NCBI GenBank assembly: GCA_041659405.1
Contig: JBAZYK010000010.1
Location: 41,508 to 73,507 of the forward strand
Direction of reading: 5' to 3'
Source of the DNA: Candidatus Altimarinota bacterium
Lineage (GTDB): Bacteria > Patescibacteriota > Gracilibacteria > UBA1369
DNA length: 32,000 nt
The notes below the pieces were generated by a model. The model searched no databases. It saw only the letters and a list, made by a program, of their open reading frames with translations, and was not told where the DNA came from. Position numbers and translations under genes: made by a program. How positions within the stretch are numbered: the first letter of the stretch is position 1; each line of letters opens with the position of its first letter. Shown one piece after another: positions 25,371 through 32,000 of the stretch.

Positions 25371-26743
25371 TGTTTTTAGAAAAAATGGCAAATTTTAACG
25401 CATTTTTACAGATAATCGAGGGGAAGTTGCATACCATAATTGCACTTGCTGCTGGCCTTATTTTTGAAATTCTTTTTTTTGCTTCAATTGATGGTTTCGT
25501 TGAAAAATTTATCCCGTTAAGAGGGGCACTTTATTTAATATTCATCTTGGGGTGGAGCGCATTTTGGCTTTTTAACAAATCCCACCTTCCTCAAAACAAC
25601 AAGAAAAAAAGAAAAGTAGGTATTGTCATAGCGATATTTTCAGAAAATGAGATTGAAAGACAAAAACTGAAAGCCGACTTTATGTCAAAATTAAAGGAAA
25701 TGTTGTCGCAAGAAAAAATTACGGATTTTGCAGAGATTTTTTTCCTGAAAAATCATTTTGCAGAAGAGATCCTTGAGTCAAATTCTTCAATGCAAAAAAT
25801 CGAGGAAATAAATAAAAAAATAGGAGCCCATTTTTATGTATGGGGAAGAATAAAAAAACGACCGAACGACGAGAAAGGAGAAAAATACTTTTTAACTTTC
25901 CAGGGATATGTATTTCATAACCCGATTACTCGTGAATTAAGCAATGAAATCGCTAAGGACTTTTCGGCTGTCCTGCCAAGAGAAATTAGCTTCCTTGAAA
26001 GAGAATTTCGAGGATTTGAAGCTTCTGCGAAAATATTGCATTTAGCGATAAAATATATTGTTGGATATGCAGCATTCGTTTCTCAAAATCCTATAATTGC
26101 TTTTCGTCTACATGACGGGCTTCGAGAAGCGTTTAATGTATATAGGCCACTCCCAGTTTATTTGCAAGATATAAGGAATAAAATTCCTATACTTATCTCA
26201 GAGGAAACTGGATGGATTGCACGATGGCATTTTCAAAATAACAGGTTAATAGAAGCAAAAGAATTCCTTACTAGGTCTCTTTATGAAAACAATAAGAACT
26301 ATAGCAGTTTGCTTTTTAAAGCTATTATAGATTTTAATGACAATAGAATTCATGATTCTATCAATAGCATAAGCAATGCAGAGAAATATTCGGGTGGAGA
26401 TTTTACGTGGATTTACAGCAAGGCGTTCCACTGTTTTTGGCAAGAAGACTATGCAAAGGTGCTAAAATTATGCCAAAAAATAAAAAATCAATCGCATCCT
26501 AATGAAGAAGCAATATGTAGAGAGATAAGAGAATTTAATTTAAAAATACTAGAAACCGATACTTCAAAGCCGCAATTGTACTTCTGGATTGGATTTTTAA
26601 GTTACTTTAAAGATAAAAATATCCCACAGGCGCTAGAAGATTTTGAAAAATTTGAGCAATTATCCAATGAATCTGTGGCTCTTTTAAAGAATAAATCGAG
26701 TGCGTATTTAACTGAAATCAAACGACAAATGAATCTTAAATAA
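25370..26743 (+). CDS. Hypothetical 2-TM protein (457 aa) with a cytoplasmic alpha/beta-like region and a TPR-like helical C-terminus
   Basis: Hydrophobic helices LHTIIALAAGLIFEILFFASI and GALYLIFILGWSAFWLF, then KKKRKVGIVIAIFSENE. The C-terminal region has repeated amphipathic helices (EAKEFLTRSLYEN..., YAKVLKLCQKI..., IPQALEDFEKFEQL). Confidence 0.65.
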   Translation: MFLEKMANFNAFLQIIEGKLHTIIALAAGLIFEILFFASIDGFVEKFIPLRGALYLIFILGWSAFWLFNKSHLPQNNKKKRKVGIVIAIFSENEIERQKLKADFMSKLKEMLSQEKITDFAEIFFLKNHFAEEILESNSSMQKIEEINKKIGAHFYVWGRIKKRPNDEKGEKYFLTFQGYVFHNPITRELSNEIAKDFSAVLPREISFLEREFRGFEASAKILHLAIKYIVGYAAFVSQNPIIAFRLHDGLREAFNVYRPLPVYLQDIRNKIPILISEETGWIARWHFQNNRLIEAKEFLTRSLYENNKNYSSLLFKAIIDFNDNRIHDSINSISNAEKYSGGDFTWIYSKAFHCFWQEDYAKVLKLCQKIKNQSHPNEEAICREIREFNLKILETDTSKPQLYFWIGFLSYFKDKNIPQALEDFEKFEQLSNESVALLKNKSSAYLTEIKRQMNLK

Positions 26744-26752
26744 TTATTATTC

Positions 26753-27904
26753 ATGCCAAATAAAACAACAATACCAGCTGGTTGGAAAATCGCGAAAGCC
26801 TTTGAGTGTATCGATGTTCGCGACGGTACACATGCTACACCGAAACCAGTAGTAGATGGAATTCCTTTGATTACATCAAAAAATATCATTGAAGGAAAGT
26901 TAACTCTAAGTGATTTTTATAATGTTAGTAATGAGGATGCTCGTGAAATAAATAAAAGATCTCAAGTTGTTATTGGAGATATTTTAATTTCAATGATTGG
27001 CACCGTTGGTGCGACTGCTATCATAAAAAATGAACCTAATTTTGTAGTTAAAAATGTTGGAATTTTCAAAACAGGAAGCAAAGCAATTTTATCTAGTTTT
27101 TTAATAAAGCAATTTCATTCAAAATATTTGCAAAATAAAATTCAGTCACTTTCGAGTGGGGGGATTCAAAAATTTATTTCACTAGGACAACTTAGAAAGC
27201 TGCCAATTTTATTCCCCCCTCTTCCCGAACAGGAAAAAATTGTTGAAGTGCTTGAGGCTTGGGACAGCTATCTTGAAAAACTTTCGAACACGATCAAACT
27301 AAAAAAGAAAATCAAAAAAGGATTGATGCAGAAGTTGTTGGCGGGAAAAATTAGATTGAAAGGATTTAGTGAGTCATGGAAGACAGTTAAGATTGGAGAT
27401 TGTTTAAAGATTAAACATGGAAAGTCACAGAAAGCTGTGGAGGATCCAAATGGGCAATATCCGATATTAGGAACTGGCGGAGAAATGGGTAGAGCTACAG
27501 CATTTCTTTATGATAGACCTTCTGTTTTGATTGGGAGAAAAGGTACAATAAATAAGCCAAAATATATGGAAACTCCATTCTGGACGGTGGATACGCTTTT
27601 TTATAGTGAAGTTAAAGATAATTGTTATCCAAAATATCTCTATTATCATTTCTTGATGATTAATTGGAAACAATACAATGAAGGTTCTGGAATTCCAAGT
27701 CTATCTGCCTCAACTATTTCATCTATAAAAATAGAAATTTCAAAAAGTTTTGAGGAACAAACCGCCATCGCCCAAATCCTAACTACCGCCGACCAGGAAA
27801 TCGAAGCGCTCGAAAAGAAAAAAGCTATCATTGAACAACAGAAAAAATACCTATTAAATAACCTGATTACAGGGAAGATAAGACTTCCGGAATTCATCGA
27901 ATAA
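26753..27904 (+). CDS. hsdS: Type I R-M specificity subunit, full length (two TRDs)
   Basis: IPAGWKIAKAFECIDVRDGTHATP. Central conserved region LPPLPEQEKIVEVLEAWDSYLEKL. C-terminal conserved region EEQTAIAQILTTADQEIEALEKKK...LITGKIRL. Confidence 0.9.
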   Translation: MPNKTTIPAGWKIAKAFECIDVRDGTHATPKPVVDGIPLITSKNIIEGKLTLSDFYNVSNEDAREINKRSQVVIGDILISMIGTVGATAIIKNEPNFVVKNVGIFKTGSKAILSSFLIKQFHSKYLQNKIQSLSSGGIQKFISLGQLRKLPILFPPLPEQEKIVEVLEAWDSYLEKLSNTIKLKKKIKKGLMQKLLAGKIRLKGFSESWKTVKIGDCLKIKHGKSQKAVEDPNGQYPILGTGGEMGRATAFLYDRPSVLIGRKGTINKPKYMETPFWTVDTLFYSEVKDNCYPKYLYYHFLMINWKQYNEGSGIPSLSASTISSIKIEISKSFEEQTAIAQILTTADQEIEALEKKKAIIEQQKKYLLNNLITGKIRLPEFIE

Positions 27905-27909
27905 TCATG

Positions 27910-27937
27910 ATCATTTTGTTAACGTCAACAAAATGAT
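27910..27937. promoter_or_regulatory. Perfect 11-bp inverted repeat ATCATTTTGTT-aacgtc-AACAAAATGAT between hsdS and hsdR
   Basis: Read directly from the sequence. No U-tract follows. Lies 49 nt upstream of the hsdR ATG. Confidence 0.45.
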
Positions 27938-27985
27938 AATAATGCCTATTTAAGCCAAAAACAGTCAATCTAAACCAATAAAACT

Positions 27986-30900
27986 ATGATCCAAGCAAAT
28001 TTTGATGAGGCCAAACAATCCCAGCTGCCTGCGGTGGAGCTGCTTATTAATATGGGCTACAAGTACCTTTCTCCTGCGGAAGTTGATGTGCAGCGCAATA
28101 AGGATCAGTCCAAGTTTATCTTGCAGGATATTGCTTTCAAAAAGCTGATGGAAATCAACTGGTATAACGACATGGGGATTAATTGCCGATTCAGTGAGAA
28201 AAATGTCCATACCGCCATCCAGGAGCTCGAGAATATACCTTTAGAAGGTCTACTTGATACTTCACGCAATGTTTACCATACTTTGATGTCTTCAAGCGGA
28301 AAAACGCTCAAGGAACTTTGTGATGGGAAATTTGAATCTTTTGACTTTAAATTTATCGATTTTGAAAATATTGAGAATAATAACTTCCATGTGACTGTGG
28401 AATTTACCGCTGAAGGAAGGCAAAAAATCAGGCCGGATATTGTGCTTTTTGTGAATGGCATCCCTTTCGCTATCATTGAGAATAAAAAATCAGGCACAAA
28501 AATTGATGAAGCTTTAACACAAATGAATAGAAATCAGGGGCCGGAATATTGCCCAAAGCTTTTTGTTTATCCCCAGCTTTTAATTGGCACGAATAAGACC
28601 GAACTTTTATACGGGACTACCGGAACGCCAAATAAGTTTTATGCGCGTTGGAAAGAAAAGGAAAATCCCAAGTTTGAAGAGAAAATTAATGAACTTATTT
28701 CCAAGCCTATTGAAAGTGCTCTTTATACGCAAATTTGCGCCGATTTAAACGGGGCAACCTTAAATCATGAGCAAATAACCGATAGACTGCCTACGGAGCA
28801 GGATAGAGGCATTGTGGCGCTTTTGGAGCCTAATAGGATGCTTGATCTCGCCAAGAATTTTATTCTTTACGATGCGGGAATTAAAAAGGTTTCCCGTTAT
28901 CAGCAGTATTTTGCCATTCAAAAGAGTTTGAAAACCATTGAAATAGAAAAAACCGGGCCGGTAGGTCTAAGAAGAAATGGTGGTTTGATCTGGCATACGC
29001 AAGGTTCGGGCAAATCTCTGACAATGGTCATGTTTGTCAAAGCCCTGATTGAGGATGAGCGCATTCAAAATCCCCGCATTATTATTGTTACCGATAGAAA
29101 AGACCTGAATAAACAAATCTCGGATACATTTCGGGATTGTAAGCTCAAAAAAGGCGTAGTGGAAGCGACAAGCGGCCAAGAACTTTTAAAACTGATCAAA
29201 GAAAAAAACTTAAATGTTATTACCACTTTGGTTCATAAGTTTGAAAGTGCAAAAAAACACCGTGCCGGGTTTGTTGATGATTCAAAAAACATCTTTGTCC
29301 TGATTGACGAGGCTCATCGAACACAAGGAGGTATGGCCAACGCGGAAATGAATCGAACTATTCCCAACGCCTGCTACATCGGATTTACGGGAACTCCGTT
29401 AATGAAAAAAGAAAAAGCCAGTTGGCTTAAATTTGGTGGATATATAGATAAATATACGATTGATGATGCTTTAAGTGATGGGGTGATTCTGCCGCTAATT
29501 TATGAAGGTCGTTATGTGGAATTAACCCAAAACAAGGAACAAATTGATCGACAAGTTGATCGCATTACAAAAGAGTTGAATCAGGAGCAAAGGCGTGAAC
29601 TTCAAAAATTTGTGGATAAACGCGTTATTCGCAATAATCCGCAAAGAATTGCGGAAATCGCTTACGATATTCAGGAACATTATATTAGAACATTCCAGGG
29701 AACAGGGCTGAAAGCTCAAATTGTTGCTCCTTCAAAATATTCAGCGATTTTATTCCAAAGATTTTTTGAAAGTTTTGGAGAGAAAATCAATACCGCGGTG
29801 ATAATTTCCGAAACTACAACGGATGAGGACGAAAAGGATACGCATAAAAAAGAGGTTTCTGACTTTATTAAAGCGATAAATCACAATTTTAGAGATCTGG
29901 CTTCTTACGAGAAACAAAAGATCAACAGCTTTAAAAAAGGTGATGGCGGGGTTGAAATTTTGATTGTTGTGGACAAACTGCTTACCGGCTTTGATTCACC
30001 GAGAAACACGGTTCTTTATTTGGCCAAAGACCTCAAAGATCATAACTTGCTCCAGGCAATCGCCAGAGTGAATCGAATCTATGAGAATAAAAATATAAAA
30101 TTTCCAAAAACGGCAGGTTTTATCATTGATTATTCCGAAAATGCAAAAAACATCGATACGGCAATGAAATTGTTTGGAAATTATGATGATGCAGACATTA
30201 AAAACACTTTGATTGATGTAATAGCTAAAAAAGTTGAACTTGAATCCAGTTATGAGGCGTTGCACGAGATGTTCAAGGAACTTAAAGGTTCAAAAGACGA
30301 TGAAGCTTATATTCAAAAGTTGGCTGATGAACAGGAACGCACACTTTTTTATAAAGCATTGAACACATTTATACGGCAATTTAATGAATGCCTTGCTCTT
30401 CAGGACTTTTCAATCGGTTTTCCTCATCTGGATACATACAAAATGGATCTTAAAAAGTTTTTGGAACTTAGGAAAACGGCACATCTGAAATATGCCGATA
30501 CGGACGACTTTTCCGAGTATAAATTGCAGCTCGTTAAAATCCTGGACCAATTCATTGATGCAAAAGAAGTTGAAGTGCTGACAAAGCAAATCAATATTAA
30601 TGATGCAGAGGCATTTGCCGAGGCTATAGCCAATTTGGGCTCAAATAAGTCAAAGGCGGAAGCAATAGCGGCACAAATTCAAAGAACAATTACGGAAGAA
30701 GCAGAGAAAGATCCTGAATTCTATAATCGTTTTTCGGAAAAGGTTAAAAAGCTTTTAGAGAAATTAAGAGAAGGGAAAATTGCCGATATTGAAGCCTTAA
30801 ATGGAATCAAAGAAATTAAATCACAAGTATTAGCTAAAGAAGATGATGAAATTCCTGCAAAAATTCGTGAGAAAACCGGTGCGGATATTTTTTATAGGAA

Positions 30901-31171
30901 TCTAAAAGACATTCTGCTGAGATACAATGTGGGGGAAGAAGAGATTGTTGATATTATTTTGGACATATTCAACATTCTGAAAGCTGAAACGATTGTAGAT
31001 TGGCATAAAAATAACGAGGTCAAAAGAGTCATTACGAACAAACTGGACGATTACCTATATGACATCGTAAAGCTAAAAAAGGGCGTTGATCTGAGTAATG
31101 AGGATTTACAAGGTCTTCTTTCAACAATTATTGATCTTGCCTGTAATAACAATGGAATTTTCCAAGCATGA
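27986..31171 (+). CDS. hsdR: Type I restriction enzyme R subunit (endonuclease/translocase)
   Basis: N-terminal PD-(D/E)xK region RPDIVLFVNGIPFAIIENKK, SF2 motif I HTQGSGKSLTM, motif II LIDEAHRTQ, FTGTP and QAIARVNR. Confidence 0.92.
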   Translation: MIQANFDEAKQSQLPAVELLINMGYKYLSPAEVDVQRNKDQSKFILQDIAFKKLMEINWYNDMGINCRFSEKNVHTAIQELENIPLEGLLDTSRNVYHTLMSSSGKTLKELCDGKFESFDFKFIDFENIENNNFHVTVEFTAEGRQKIRPDIVLFVNGIPFAIIENKKSGTKIDEALTQMNRNQGPEYCPKLFVYPQLLIGTNKTELLYGTTGTPNKFYARWKEKENPKFEEKINELISKPIESALYTQICADLNGATLNHEQITDRLPTEQDRGIVALLEPNRMLDLAKNFILYDAGIKKVSRYQQYFAIQKSLKTIEIEKTGPVGLRRNGGLIWHTQGSGKSLTMVMFVKALIEDERIQNPRIIIVTDRKDLNKQISDTFRDCKLKKGVVEATSGQELLKLIKEKNLNVITTLVHKFESAKKHRAGFVDDSKNIFVLIDEAHRTQGGMANAEMNRTIPNACYIGFTGTPLMKKEKASWLKFGGYIDKYTIDDALSDGVILPLIYEGRYVELTQNKEQIDRQVDRITKELNQEQRRELQKFVDKRVIRNNPQRIAEIAYDIQEHYIRTFQGTGLKAQIVAPSKYSAILFQRFFESFGEKINTAVIISETTTDEDEKDTHKKEVSDFIKAINHNFRDLASYEKQKINSFKKGDGGVEILIVVDKLLTGFDSPRNTVLYLAKDLKDHNLLQAIARVNRIYENKNIKFPKTAGFIIDYSENAKNIDTAMKLFGNYDDADIKNTLIDVIAKKVELESSYEALHEMFKELKGSKDDEAYIQKLADEQERTLFYKALNTFIRQFNECLALQDFSIGFPHLDTYKMDLKKFLELRKTAHLKYADTDDFSEYKLQLVKILDQFIDAKEVEVLTKQININDAEAFAEAIANLGSNKSKAEAIAAQIQRTITEEAEKDPEFYNRFSEKVKKLLEKLREGKIADIEALNGIKEIKSQVLAKEDDEIPAKIREKTGADIFYRNLKDILLRYNVGEEEIVDIILDIFNILKAETIVDWHKNNEVKRVITNKLDDYLYDIVKLKKGVDLSNEDLQGLLSTIIDLACNNNGIFQA

Positions 31172-31872
31172 AAATAAATATATTTAAATTTGGGAAATAT
31201 TCATACGAGTACTATTTGGTGCTGCAGGATCGTAAAACCGTTGCACTAACGGTTCAACCAAGCTTAAATATTATTTTAAAATGCCCATTTGGGTATGATG
31301 CTGCTAAAATTGAAAGATTTTTAAAAAGAAAATGGCTATGGCTAGAGAAACAAGTGCAGTATTTTAGAAAATACAGGAAGGATACAAGTAAAAAAGAATA
31401 TGTTTCGGGCGAAAGTTTTTTATACTTGGGACGACAATATAAGCTTTTGATAAAAGCAGGCAAGAGTCCAGAAGTTAGGCTTGAGAAAGGGAAAATTACG
31501 GTATTTACAAAACAAATTTCTCAAGATCGAACCGCAAACAAAAAACTTCTTGATAAGTGGTTTGAGGAACGAACCAAATCAGTCCTTACGTTACGATTTA
31601 AAGAGATGATAAGAAAATTTAACTATGACTTCGTTCCTCACCTTACGACCAGAAAAATGCCAAAACGATGGGGCAGCTATTTATCAAGTAAAAAAATCAT
31701 CCTAAACCCATTGTTGATAAGGGCATCCAAGGATTGCATCGATTACGTCATTGTGCACGAGCTATGCCACATGAAATACAAGCATCACGATAAGAATTTC
31801 TTTAAATTGCAGGAGTCAATCATCCCTAATTGGAAAGGAGTAAAAGAGAAACTTGAATTGAGATTTTTGTAA
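31168..31872 (+). CDS. DUF45 / YgjP-like HExxH metallopeptidase
   Basis: RWGSY...VIVHELCHMKYKHHDKNF (HExxH). 4-nt ATGA overlap with the hsdR stop. This family often follows hsdR. Confidence 0.8.
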   Translation: MKINIFKFGKYSYEYYLVLQDRKTVALTVQPSLNIILKCPFGYDAAKIERFLKRKWLWLEKQVQYFRKYRKDTSKKEYVSGESFLYLGRQYKLLIKAGKSPEVRLEKGKITVFTKQISQDRTANKKLLDKWFEERTKSVLTLRFKEMIRKFNYDFVPHLTTRKMPKRWGSYLSSKKIILNPLLIRASKDCIDYVIVHELCHMKYKHHDKNFFKLQESIIPNWKGVKEKLELRFL

Positions 31873-31879
31873 AATATAA

Positions 31880-32000
31880 TGGTCCCGCAAAATCGGACAG
31901 AAAAATGGGGTATGCTAAGAGAGGTTTTTAACCCCAAAAATTATGCCAAAAGGTATACGGAAACAGTACGATGGAGCGTTCAAACTTAAAGTTATCCTGG
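31880..32000 (+). mobile_element. Possible left end of an IS3-family insertion sequence (terminal TG... plus the start of an OrfA-like transposase), truncated by the window edge
   Basis: The ATG at 31943 opens MPKGIRKQYDGAFKLKVIL, which resembles IS3-family OrfA N-termini (basic patch, then F-K-x-x-V). TGGTCCCGCAAAATCGGACAG at 31880 resembles TG-initiated IS3 terminal repeats. Only 19 codons are visible. Confidence 0.3.

Noticed and set aside
21202-27904. Phase-variable hsdS shufflon (two hsdS genes)
   Set aside because: Both hsdS genes are in the same orientation. I found no shared DNA-level inverted repeats in their conserved regions and no recombinase in the island. No homopolymer or SSR tract sits in a position to switch the frame.
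1-32000. UGA recoding (genetic code 25 or 4), as seen in some candidate phyla
   Set aside because: TGA terminates hsdR (31169-31171) and nadM (6942-6944) at sensible protein ends, with the next gene coupled or a terminator following. All recognised proteins are full length under code 11.
1-32000. CRISPR arrays, tRNA or rRNA genes, retron or DGR elements
   Set aside because: I saw no regularly spaced direct repeats, no cloverleaf-like sequences in any intergenic gap, and no reverse-transcriptase motifs (YxDD) in any ORF.

Overview
Bacterial chromosomal fragment using the standard code: TGA ends hsdR and nadM, so there is no UGA recoding. Genes are tightly packed, Shine-Dalgarno motifs are almost absent, and many ORFs are orphans rich in low-complexity sequence. 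I read this as a reduced-genome, CPR/Patescibacteria-like organism, which is inference only. Positions 1-21000 carry envelope and housekeeping genes. These include a 953-aa Trp-repeat surface protein and a long minus-strand gene string (smpB, a small membrane protein, nadE, archaeal-type NMN adenylyltransferase, a PMM/PGM-type mutase and a processive GT2 synthase). They also include a small two-gene cassette, asnS, three unrecognisable locally GC-rich ORFs, maf, an ABC exporter and an AlkD-like protein. A secreted SLH-amidohydrolase translationally coupled to a polytopic membrane protein completes this part. Positions 21150-31870 are an AT-richer Type I restriction-modification island with a split layout: half-size hsdS and hsdM, then a three-gene insert, then full hsdS, hsdR and a DUF45/HExxH peptidase. 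The insert holds a Schlafen/AlbA_2-HATPase_c_4 protein, a 163-aa acidic protein and a 457-aa 2-TM protein with a TPR-like tail. An IS3-like transposase start lies at the right edge. The best candidate for an undescribed system is the translationally coupled 163-aa/457-aa pair (24879-26743) embedded in the R-M operon, together with the repeated TTTTACTTGCAA sites just upstream of it. I found no rRNA, tRNA, tmRNA or CRISPR array. All calls come from reading motifs by eye; no database search was possible.
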